NCBI GenBank assembly: GCA_963514005.1
Contig: OY740783.1
Location: 75,764,001-75,828,000 of the forward strand
Direction of reading: 5' to 3'
Origin: Raja brachyura
Lineage: Eukaryota
DNA: 64,000 bases
The notes beneath the pieces were generated by a model. That model made no database searches. It was not told where the DNA came from and saw only the letters and a list, made by a program, of their open reading frames with translations. This document shows positions 53,102 through 64,000 of the stretch, piece by piece. The first letter of the stretch is position 1. Each line of letters opens with the position of its first letter. Position numbers and translations under genes: made by a program.

Positions 53102-53584
53102 GTGAGTAGGATGTAGTACTGAAATTAAGTTCTGCATTACTTATGCATTATCTTTTTGTACTAAGTGAAAGAGGCATCAATACCATTGCTAGATTGCCCT
53201 TTTCCACCAAACAGATACATTATTTTATGACTATATGTGAGGGCTAGAAGCTCTGCTAAGCAAGTGTTCATCGAGGCACCAGGATCAAAGAGCAAGATCT
53301 TGTCTTGATGATCTATATCATTCCTGTAGTGGCACTTCCCACTCTTGGAAATGCTAGTTAAAATATACCACAATGTTCAAGAGCCTCGAAGGGCCCATGG
53401 ATCAAATCCCTGGCCAACCTTCTATATTTGACTACTGAAAGTCCCTGATGTTCATATATAGGAAGATGAGGCAAATAATCAAAATGGAAGATAAAACCAC
53501 TTACTCTCTGAATTAAGACTGGAGGAAGTTGGCTGCTGCAGTGCAGCACTGTATACGGTGAACAGCACTGCTACATTACATCTT

Positions 53585-54575
53585 TGCATTGTATATTAAT
53601 GATTTGGATGGGGGGTTGAAGGTTTTGTGGCCAAGTTTGCAGATGTTACGAAAATAGGTGAAGGGGCAGGTAGTGCAGAAAAAGCAGGCACTCTGCAGAA
53701 AGACTTGGACAGGTTCAGAGAGTGGGCAGAGAATGGCAGATGGAATATAGTGTAGCAAAGTGTTGAGTCATGCATTTTGGTAGTAGGAATAGAGGCGTAG
53801 GCTATTTTCTAAATGGGGAGAAAATCCAGAAATCGGAGGTGCAAAGGGGCTTGGGAGTGCTGGTGCAGGATTCCCAAAAAGTTAATCTGCAAGTCGAATC
53901 GGTAGTAAAGAAGGCAATGCTAGCATGTATTTCTTATTGTTTATCTCTTAGTATTAAGAGGGCTTGAATTAAAAAAACAGGAATGTAATGTTGAGGCTCT
54001 ATAAGGTACTGGTCTGACCGCATTTGGAGTATTGTGAGCAATTTGGGCACCATATCTAAAGAAGAGTGTGCTGGCTCTGGAGGGGATCAAGAGGAGGTTT
54101 ACGAGAATTATCCCAGGAATTAGTGGGTTAAAATATGAAAGGACGTTTGACAGCACTGGGCCTATACTCGCTGGAGATTAGAAGAATGAGGGGAGACCTC
54201 ATTAAAAATGTACCGAATGGTGAAAGGCTTGGAAAGAGTGGATGTGGAGAGGATGTTTCCACTGGTGGGAGAGTCTAGGACTAGAGGTCTTCACCTCTGA
54301 ATTAAAGGACATTCCTTTAGGTGGGAGATGAGGGGGAATTTCAGTAGTCAGAGAGTAGTGAATCTATGGAATTCTTTGCAAAGAAGGCTGTGGAGGCCAT
54401 GTCAATGGATATTTTTAAGGCAGAAATAGATTCTTGATTAGTACAGGTGTCAGGGGTTATGGGGAGAAGGCAGGAGAATTGGGTTAGGAGAAAGAGATAG
54501 ATCAGCCACGATTGGATAGTGGAGTAGACTTGATGGGCTGAATGGCCTTATTCTGCTCCTATCATTTATGACCTT
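53585..54575 (+). mobile_element. CR1 3' fragment
   Basis: YINDLD, KFAD, MHFG motifs and 3' UTR. Confidence 0.88.
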
Positions 54576-54815
54576 GCATATATTAAATCCATTTTAAGAG
54601 GAACATACATGATTTATAGTAATTAACTATTATTTGGCCTTGTTAATGACTTACTTATAGTTCAATGTGAAACTCTTCTGTTTCGGTAGTATTGTTAATC
54701 TAAGAGCAAATAAAATAATAATTTCTGGAATAACATATTACCGGATTTATAACTGTACCAAAATTAAGTTGAAATTACTTTTCCAGTATAACCACTTGTC
54801 AATGATTTGTTTCAG

Positions 54816-54923
54816 GTATATGCCAATTGGCATTTTATTCCTGATTGCTGCAAAAGTGATGGAAGTGGATGACTGGGAAATTTTCCGCAGACTTGGGCTT
54901 TACATGGCCACAGTGCTGAGTGG
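54816..54923 (+). CDS. slc1a1: slc1a1 exon 8
   Basis: tttcag| [35 protein letters not shown](G) |gtatgt; 108 nt. Confidence 0.97.
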
Positions 54924-55079
54924 GTATGTATCATGTTTCTTTAAAATGCTTTTAGAAATTTTTGAATCAGGTTGAAGAAAGAGTTCTATTTATTGAATTG
55001 TTGCAGGGAAAAGAAGTGGACCTAAAGTTAGAGTTAAATAGTGAAGCTAAATTGAAATCTTAAACTTTAGCAGTTAAAT

Positions 55080-55725
55080 TAGCTTTCATAGCAAAAGGAT
55101 TTGAGTCTAGGAGCAGGGAGGTTCTACTTCAGTTGTACAGGGTCTTGGTGAGACCACACCTGGAGTATTGTGTACAGTTTTGGTCTCCAAATCTGAGGAA
55201 GGACATTATTGCCATAGAGGGAGTACAGAGAAGGTTCACCAGACTGATTCCTGGGATGTCAGGACTGTCTTATGATGAAAGACTGGATAGACTCTGTTTA
55301 TACTCTCTAGAATTTAGGAGATTGAGAGGGGATCTTATAGAAACTTATAAAATTCTTAAGGGGTTGGACAGGCTAGATGCAGGAAGATTGTTCCCGATGT
55401 TGGGGAAGTCCAGGACAAGGGGTCACAGTTTAAGAATAAGGGGGAAATCCTGTAAGACCGAGATGAGAAATACTTTTTTTCACACAGAGAGTGGTGAGTC
55501 TCTGGAACTCTTTGCCACAGAGGGTAGTTGAGGTCAGTTCATTGGCTATATTTAAGATGGAGTTAGATGTGGCCATTGTGGCTAAGGGGATCAGAGGATA
55601 TGGAGAGAAGGCAGCTACGGGATACTGATTTGGATGATCAGCCATGATCATATTGAATGGCGGTGCAGGCTCGAAGGGCCGAATGGCCTACTCCTGCACC
55701 TAATTTCTATGTTCTATGTTCTATG
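55080..55725 (+). mobile_element. CR1 3' fragment with (ttctatg)n tail
   Basis: ORF 55133-55531. Confidence 0.9.
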
Positions 55726-56446
55726 AATAACAAGCCGCTGTATTAAATCTAAAACAAATGGTTAGGGTGATCATTGCCGAGGTTCTAATGTTAAATACGT
55801 GGATCTGACTCAATGCTGAACATACAGCTTGAATAATATAATGTTCAGATACAGAATACATTTAACAGTTTGCGTATTCCATTCTATAATACCAGAATAT
55901 GATGATTGAGGAAATGTATTTGTGGTGTTCCTCACACAACTGAGGATCACCTACTGGGATTGGAATTGGGTGTGTATTTCTATGTGTGCTCCCTGCTGTA
56001 GGCACAATGGTATAAAAGTAAACTGAGTTTTATCCTCTCGCTAAACTATGGTTTACCGTATTGAGATCATCCATAGAAATAGCTTTCAGTCAAGAAGAGT
56101 AAAATGATGTTTGCAAGAACAAATTCAATTTATCAAGTACCTCTAATGCAGTAAAACTTCTCAAGGTCTTTCTTTCCTAATCCATTTATGTTATTAACAT
56201 GAACAGATAAATTCTCTTGTGTCTTTGGACCCATCTGCTTCTGCGAAGTAATGGATCTCCTATAATCTAAGCTCCATGACTTTAGCTAGACGATGGGTCA
56301 CAATACAGGGACAGGGCATTGTGCTATTGAGGTCCTCAAGTAAATAATGTTAAATAACTCACTGCCAATACAATATGGAATGGTCCTACTCTGGATGTTA
56401 TTATCTTTTAATTTTTTTTCAACCTGCGTTGTAGTAAGCTCTGATT

Positions 56447-59400
56447 CATAGAAACATAGAAACATAGAAAATAGGTGCACGAGGAGGCCATTCAGCCCTT
56501 CGAGCCAGCACCACCATTCAATATGCTCATGGCTGATCGTCCGCTATCAATAACCTGTGCCTGCCTTCTCTCCATATCCCTTGACTCCATTAGCCCCGAG
56601 AGCTCTATCCAACTCTCTCTTAAATCCATCCAGTGACTTGGCCTCCACTGCCCTCTGTGGCAGGGAATTCCATAAATCCACAACTCTCTGGGTAAAAAAA
56701 CCAGCTCAGTCTTAAATGACCTCCCCTTTATTCTAAGACCGTGGCCCTTGGTTCTGGACTCATCAAACACTGGGAACATTTTTCCTGCATCTAGCTTGTT
56801 CAGTCCTTTTATAATGTTATATGTTTCTATAAGATCCCCACTCATTCTTCTAAACTCCAGTGAATATAAGCCTAGTCTTTTCAATCTTTCCTCATATGAC
56901 AGTCCCGCCATCCCAGGGATCAATCTCGTGAACCTACGTTGCACTGCCTCAATCACAAGGATGTCCTTCCCCAAATTAGGAGACCAAAACTGTACACAAT
57001 ACTCCAGATGTGGTCTCACCAGAGCCCTATACAACTGCAGAAGAACCTCTTTAGTCCTGTACTGAAATCCTCTTGTTATGAAGGCCAACATTCCATTAGT
57101 TTTTTTCACTGCCTGCTGTACCTGCACACCAACCTTCAGTGACTGGTGTACAAGGACACCCAGGTCCTTCTGTACCTCGCCCTTACCTAACCTAAGCCCA
57201 TTGAGATAATAATCTGCCCCATTGTTTTTGCCGCCAAAGTGGATAACCTCATATTTATCTATATTATACTGCATCTGCCACGCATCTGCCCACTCACTCA
57301 ACCTGTCCAGGCCCCCCTGCAACCTCCTAACATCCTCTTCACAGTTCACACTGCCACCCAGCTTTGTGTCATCCGCAAACTTGCTAGTGTTGCTCCTAAT
57401 TCCCTCTTCCAAATCATTTATTTTTATATATATATATTATATATATATATATATATATATGGTAAACATTTGCGGCCCCAACACCGAGCCTTGCGGCACT
57501 CCACTCGCCACTGCCTGCCATTCTGAAAAGGACCCGTTCACTCCTACTCTTTGCTTCCGGTCTGCCAACCAATTTTCTATCCATGTCAACACATTCAGGG
57601 ACAGAAGTTTAGGGGTAACATGAGGGGGAACTTCTTTGCTCAGAGAGTGGTGGCTGTGTGGAATGATCTTCCAGCAGAAGTGGTGGAGGCAGGATCGATT
57701 TTACCATTTAAAAGTAAAGTGGATAGGTATATGGATGGAAGGGAATGGAGGGGTATGGTCTGAGTGCAGGTAGATGGGACTATGGAAAAATAAATGGTCG
57801 GCACGGACTAGAAGGGCCGAGAAGGCCTGTTTCCGTGCTGTAATTGTTATATGGTTATATGGTTAACACCCTATGCCCAATAGGTAGGTCTCTCTTGCTC
57901 CTTTCTTGAAAAGTGGGATAACATTAGCTATCCTTCAATCCACAGGAACTGATCCTGAATCTATTGAACATTGGAAAATGATCACCAATGCGTCCACTAT
58001 TTCTAGAGCCACCTCCCTGAGGACCCTGGGATGCGGACCATCAGGCTCAGGGGATTTATCATCGTTCAGTCCCATTAGCCTACCCAATACTATTTCGCGC
58101 CTAATGAACATTTCTTTCATTTCCTCTACCCTCTTAGATCCTCTGTCCTCCAGTACATCTGGAAGATTGTTTGTGTCTTCCTTAGTGAAGACAGATCTGA
58201 AGTACCTATTCAACTTCTGCCATTTCCTTGTTGCCCATAATTATTTCGCCCATGTCTGCCTTCAAGATACCCACATTTGACTGTGCTACTCTTTTTCCCC
58301 TAACATATCTAAAGAAGCTTTTACTGACCGTCTTTATATTCCTAGCCAGCTTCCCTTCGTTCTTCAACTTTTCAGCCCGTATTGCCCATTTTGTTTCCTT
58401 CTGTTGTCCTATGAAAGTTTCCCAATCCTCCGGTTTCCGGCTACTCTTTGCTGTGTTATACATCTTTTCTTTTTGTTTTATTCTATCCCTAACTTTTCTT
58501 GTCAGCCACGTTTGCCTCCTACTCCCCTTAGAATCTTTCTACCTTTTTGGAATGAAATGATCCTGCGTCTTCCGGATTATGCCCAGAAATTCCTGCCATT
58601 GCTGTTCCACCGTCATTCCTGCTAGGATCCCTTTCCAGTCTACCTTGGCCAGCTCCCCTCTCATGCCTTCATAGCCCCCTTTATTCAACTGCATCACTGC
58701 CACTTCCGATTTAACGTTCTCCTTCTCGAATTGCAGATTAAAACGAATCATATTATGATCACTACCTCCAAGCGGTTCCTTTACCTCGAGTTCTCTTTAT
58801 CATATCTGGTTCATTGGACAACACTAAATCCAGAATTGCCTTTTCTCTGGTCAGCTCCATTACAAGCTGCTGTAAGAATCCATCTCGGAGGCATTCTACA
58901 AACTCTCTTTCTTGGGGTCCTGAACCAACCTGATTTTCCCAGTCAACCTGCATATTGAAATTCCCCATCACCACAGTGGCATTAGCTTTGTTACATGCCA
59001 GTTTTAACTCCTGCTGCAACTTACACCCTACATCCGGGCTACTATTTGGGGGTCTGTAAATAACACCAATTAGTGTCTTCTTGCCTTTACAATTCCTCAA
59101 CTCAATCCACAGTGACTCTACCTCGTCAGTCCGTATGTCTTCCCTCGCAAGGGACTGAATTCCATCCCTCACCAGCAGAGCTACTCCTCCTCCTCTGCCC
59201 ACCTGCCCGTCCTTTCTATAGGATGTATAACCCTGAATATTAAGTTCCCAGGCCCGATCCTCCTGCAGCCACGTCTCAGTAATCCCCACAATGTCATATC
59301 TACCAACCTGTAACTGAGCCTCAAGCTCATCTACTTTATTTCTTATACTTCACGCATTCATATACAATACTTTTAATTCCTTGCGCATCTCACCTTTCAC

Positions 59401-60125
59401 ATCGATCCCTATTACACTTGGCCATACTCTCCTATCCCTTTGTGAGCTTCCTTTCCTGTTAATTCTGGGGTCATTAACCATCCCTTTACTCTGTTTCCCT
59501 TTAACTTCATCGTCGACTATCAAATGTGACATCCCACCCCCCTTATTCAGTTTAAAACCACCCGTGTAGCAGTGGCAAACCTGCCTGCCAGAATGCTGGT
59601 CCCCACCTGTTAAGATGCAAGCCGTCCCTTTTGTACAGTTCCCCCTTACTCCAAAACAGATCCCAGTGATCTAAGAATCTAAATCCCTGCCCCCTGCACC
59701 AGTTACTCAGCCACACATTCAGGTCCCGTATCTCCCTGTTCCTGCTCTCGCCAGCACGAGGAACTGGAAGCAAACCGGAGATAACAACCCTGGTGGTCCT
59801 GCTTTTGAGCATTTTTCCAAGCTCACTAAAGTCACGCTGCAGAATATTCATCCCCTTCTTTCCGACATTGTTTGTGCCGACATGCATTACCACTTCCGGC
59901 TGTTCACCTTCGCCCTTGAGGATTTTCTGCACTCTGTCCATGACATCCTGGATCCTGGCACCAGGAAGGCAGCACACCATCCTCGAATCCCGTCTGTTGC
60001 AGCAGAAACCCCTGTCCGTACCTCACAATGGAGTCTCCAACTACAATGGCGTTGCCTGACGTTGGCCTCTTTGGTTTTGGCTCAAGAGCCCTTTTTGCTT
60101 TGCAAGCCAGTCCGCCGCTCAGTTT
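56447..60125 (-). mobile_element. Long CR1 LINE: ORF1 SGNH/esterase domain, APE endonuclease, partly deleted RT
   Basis: HVGTNN...DGLHLN (59552-59980); GITETWL/IYRPP/GNFN/LDLV (58762-59289); FADDTK (56492-57412); (tttctatg)n tail. Confidence 0.92.
57592..57864 (+). mobile_element. CR1 3' end nested in the long CR1
   Basis: Same subfamily as 45085-45350; aacac on both sides. Confidence 0.85.
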
Positions 60126-60603
60126 TCTAATGTCTTCTGTCATCATGTTTCTCAATCTATCTGCATACTTTGACACTATCCCATTCATTCATCATTCATC
60201 GTTTTTCTATTGCTCTCACTTGGTTCTATTTCAAGCATTGAATTATAGACATAAAATAACTTGCAATATGTCTTCCACTATCCCACAATCTCTTGCTTCT
60301 CAGGATTACAACATTTTTCTCTCTCCTTTGCTTGTTTCCATCTCTTTCCCTTTCTCTCTTTTTTCTTCATTTACAGTTTACTGACATTTCAGCAGTTAGG
60401 AAACATTTCAGTACCTTGTGCTACGTATTCTGAAACAAGCAGCTGGAATGCACGTGGTAATTGTTTCACAAGGAGTGTTATTTCTCTACCTGTTCAAAAT
60501 ACATAAGGCTACTAAATTCCAATCATTTTTGTTGTAGATTTATTTATTTTTTAATATGGTTATGAAAGATAAATGTCCATAAATATACACTGTTGTTTTA
60601 TAG

Positions 60604-60726
60604 ATTAGCCATCCATGGAATAATCATCCTACCCATGATCTACTTTATTGTGGTACGGAAAAACCCGTTCACATTTATTGGAGGGATGGCTGAGGCATTA
60701 CTGACTTCTGTGATGATTTCATCCAG
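60604..60726 (+). CDS. slc1a1: slc1a1 exon 9
   Basis: ttatag| [40 protein letters not shown](S) |gtaact; 123 nt. Confidence 0.96.
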
Positions 60727-61925
60727 GTAACTGTGCAGATTTTAATAATTTATTACAATCATCTAAACAGTATGAATTGTTCATGAATCAAAATTTATAG
60801 TGCCTGGACTGAAATATTTTCCACTATAACCTAAACATAATTTGAGGCCTGCCCATTGCAAACCAATTGAAATTCAAAGCACTTGGAATTTAAAATGACC
60901 AGACAGAATATGTTCCCTCACTAACTAAATGCTGGAATCTGGAGCAAAATAATACAAATGGCTGGAGGAACTGAGCAGATTGAGCAAGATATCTTGGGGA
61001 AATGAATTATTGATGTTTTGGGTTGATACCTTGCATTAGAAATGAGAGTGGAGAGGGCAGATTGCTGGAAAAAGGACTGTAATGCTGACTGCCCCAAAGA
61101 CACTTCCATTGACTGTGCCAAGATCCTGCTTTAGAACATATTGTATCAACAATATATTAAGAAGCCGGTGTAGCTAATGGATATCAGAAGTATGCAAAAT
61201 ATGCTGATCATGGCGTCAAATTGGACGAGTTACCATGCTTTATGCAATGATCAGGGATTAAGCAGGAATACACCCCCCCCCCCCCCCCCCCCCCCCCAAA
61301 TCCACCTGCCTCCCCAATTTCCTATTGTTTAAAGAGATCATTAAATATTTGTGGACAACATGCTTATTGTTTCCTATGTTCTAGTCACCTGGTCATTTAT
61401 GTTTTTAGGCCCTTACAGAGATGCAACTGTCTAAGTGGTGTATAAGAAACAACAGGAGTTTGTGTTAACTGAATCTTTTTCCAAAATTCTTTGTACCCTC
61501 TGATGGATGTTTATGTTGCTTTATCTGTCACGTGCGCAACATGTTAGACAAATTGTGCACACAGAGCACAACTGTGCTCTAGAACAGGGCAACATTCATT
61601 CATTGAGAAATTATACACACTGACCCTCAGCAAAGAATGATACATAACATGTTTTCAGTTCAGGAAGAACATCCTGGAGCCACATATAGTACCAGACATA
61701 ATAACAAATCAATTTGTGTTCGTTAAGATTACGGTGCCCATCTGCATTTGTAGATTAAGTTCTGTCTACACTGCAGCTGAAAATATCTCCAATATATTAT
61801 AGTTTGCCACGCACACCATTCAATAAGGGAGGTTACAATCTCTAAAGTAATTGCACCATTTGACAACCATTTTGTGATTGGCAATAAGTAATAGTTGGAG
61901 GAAAGCCATTTCCAAAGATTTATTG

Positions 61926-62139
61926 TTGAAGAAGAAACTGCAGATGCTGGAGAAATCAAAAGCAGACAAAAAATGCTGGAGAATCTCAGCGGGTGAGGCA
62001 GCACCTGTGGAGAGAAGGAGTAGGTGATGTTTCGGGTCGAGACCCTTCGAGTCTGAAGAAGGGTCTCGACCAGAAACGTTGCCTACTCCTTTTCTCCATA
62101 GATGCTGCCTCACCCGCTGAGTTTCTCCAGCATTTTTTG
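61926..62139. mobile_element. Fold-back Penelope-derived mini-element
   Basis: Inverted arms centred near 62049; TSD tccaaagattta(t/g)tg at 61911/62140; hammerhead motif 62053-62080. Confidence 0.85.
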
Positions 62140-62720
62140 TCCAAAGATTTAGTGGCTCTTCTGATGTGTAAAAAATGCAATGCCATCTCATCCCATCTCC
62201 TAGTAATATAATAATCGTAAGCACAAAATATTTCAAGGTAAGATGTGAAAATGCATTACCAAGATGGAGGACAATTGCACTGCAAGTAAGTGATTGTAAG
62301 TGAGCCATAGCAGTTTTCTTGTACCGTGTCTCTCCAAGTATCTTATACCATGACTCTTCAAGAATCCTCAGTAATTAATGAAAAAGAACAAGCTGCAGTT
62401 GGCAACATAGCACAAAATGATGTAGATTTCCTTTTATCCACTCTCAGACATCAGTTCAGAGGCTTCTCTGAAATCCGATATTATTAACACATTGGTGAAT
62501 CAGCAAATCATGTTGAAGAATTCCCATAGACAGCAAAACAAATTATATAAAGCAAAATATTTAACTAGTATTATAAATTATGTACAAACCTCCAAAAGGT
62601 GGCTACCAACCCCAAACATTGTCTGTGCATTTTGCTCCACAAATGCTGCCTAACCCATTGAGTTCTTACAGCAGTCTATTTTTGCAGGAAGAAGTGTTGA
62701 GAGATACTGCAGTTTTACCT

Positions 62721-62908
62721 ATGTAGACAGGAACTGCAGATACTGGTTTATATCGAAGATAGGCACAATGTGCTGGAGTAACTCAGCAACAGCATCGCTT
62801 GAAAAAAAGGAACAATCCTTTTCGGGTCCCATTCCCGACCCAAAATGTTGCCCATTCTTTTTCATTGCTGCTTGACCTGCTGAGTTACTCCAGCACTATG
62901 TGTCTATC
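62721..62908. mobile_element. Decayed fold-back Penelope-derived element
   Basis: gctggagtaactcagc / gctgagttactccagc arms; degenerate TSD tgcag(t/g)tttac. Confidence 0.65.
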
Positions 62909-63037
62909 TGCAGGTTTACTTGATCTATTCACCCAATGAAAGAAATACTTATCACATAGCAGGAGATTATAAAGATGTGCAAAAGCTTGTTTTACTGAGA
63001 ATGGTGCTGATGCAATAATATTCAATCTTATACACAG

Positions 63038-63232
63038 CTCTGCAACTTTGCCAGTGACTTTTCGATGTGCCGAGGAGAAGAATAAAGTGGACAAAAGGAT
63101 CACCAGATTTGTGCTGCCAGTGGGAGCCACAATAAACATGGATGGAACAGCTCTGTATGAAGCAGTTGCCGCCATATTTATTGCTCAGCTGAATGACTAC
63201 CCATTGGATGCAGGACAGATCATCACCATCAG
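63038..63232 (+). CDS. slc1a1: slc1a1 exon 10
   Basis: acacag| [64 protein letters not shown] |gtgtga; 195 nt. Confidence 0.97.
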
Positions 63233-63486
63233 GTGTGATCTTTATCTCAAGTTTTAGTCAAAGTGTAAATATATTTCTTGCTTTTTTTTTCCCTCAAGGT
63301 GACTTCGGAAGATCGATTCATTGTCAATTGCTCAAAGTCAATAGATCAGATCCGGATCTATTTTGTACCACAGAAATTAGTTCAGACGGGGGTGTGCACA
63401 GTGGTCACCAGGCAAGAGTAGCTTGCAACCCTCCCTAACTTTTCCAATGTTTAAGAAACAAATAGGCAGGTACACTGATAGGTCAG

Positions 63487-63802
63487 GTTTAGTTTAGTTT
63501 AGTTTAGAGATTCAGCGCGATAACAGGCACTTTGGCCCACTGAGTTCACACCGGCCAGCGATCCCCACACATTAACACAATCCAACACACTAGGGTCAAT
63601 TCACACTTATACCAAGCCAATTAACATACAAACCTGTACGTCTTTGGAGTGTGGGAGGAAACCAAAGATTTCGGAGAAACCCCACGCGGTCACGGGGAGA
63701 ACGTACAAACTCCCTACAGTCAGCACCCGAAGTCAGGATCAAACCCAGGTCTCCGGCGTTGCAAGCACTGTAAGGCAGCAACTCTAACTGTGCCACCATG
63801 CC
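63487..63802 (-). mobile_element. HE1/V-SINE-like SINE inserted in a CR1 tail
   Basis: (ctaaa)n tail, tRNA-like head; reverse complement of the 22560 family. Confidence 0.8.
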
Positions 63803-64000
63803 ATGTAGAGGGATATGGGCCAAACGCAGGTGGGTGGGACTAGTGTAGATGGGACACGCTGTCATAAGTAGTTCCTTGTTTCCACCCTCTTAATCTGACA
63901 TTCACACTTTTAGTGGAAATTCTGTTTAGAACAGGAAACCAGACTATTGGACAAACTGTTCTCATTGATCAATGTTTGATTGGCATATTGCAATGCCACA

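Larger units (their letters stand above)
2564..63232 (+). other. slc1a1: slc1a1 (EAAT3/EAAC1) gene, coding exons 1-10, 3'-incomplete in window
   Basis: Ten GT-AG exons (91,141,93,115,43,96,185,108,123,195 nt) join in frame. N-terminus MGKKSKKGCDF resembles human EAAT3 MGKPARKGCEW; SSSSATLP and NMDGTALYE motifs are intact. Exon sizes match recalled human SLC1A1 except exon 6. Confidence 0.95.

Noticed and set aside
61273-61297. Long poly-C/G runs (also about 24587-24607 and 31579-31593) as G-quadruplexes
   Set aside because: Homopolymer lengths are unreliable and there is no supporting context

Overview
Vertebrate genomic DNA, most likely an elasmobranch (skate/ray/shark); this is inferred from the repeat content of HE1/V-SINE-like SINEs, CR1/HER1-like LINEs and abundant Penelope-like fragments. 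The window holds coding exons 1-10 of one + strand gene, slc1a1 (EAAT3/EAAC1 glutamate/cysteine transporter). ATG is at 2564, intron 1 is about 34.7 kb, all junctions are GT-AG, and the exons join into an uninterrupted 1190-nt frame; the last exons lie beyond the window. Most listed ORFs are LINE fragments or noise. The introns carry CR1 LINEs, Rex/Babar-type LINE ends, tRNA-derived SINEs, Harbinger- and pogo-like TIR elements, and many short Penelope-derived insertions. Main points of interest: (1) fold-back Penelope-derived mini-elements with target-site duplications (TSDs) and a minimal hammerhead ribozyme motif; (2) an unclassified GC-rich retroelement family with a covarying 3' stem-loop; (3) inverted CR1 pairs bracketing exons 7-8 and 5-8 (circRNA/exon-skipping candidates); (4) a roughly 59-bp direct repeat flanking exon 4. 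Repeat boundaries and family names were assigned by eye and are approximate, and comparisons to human sequences are from memory.
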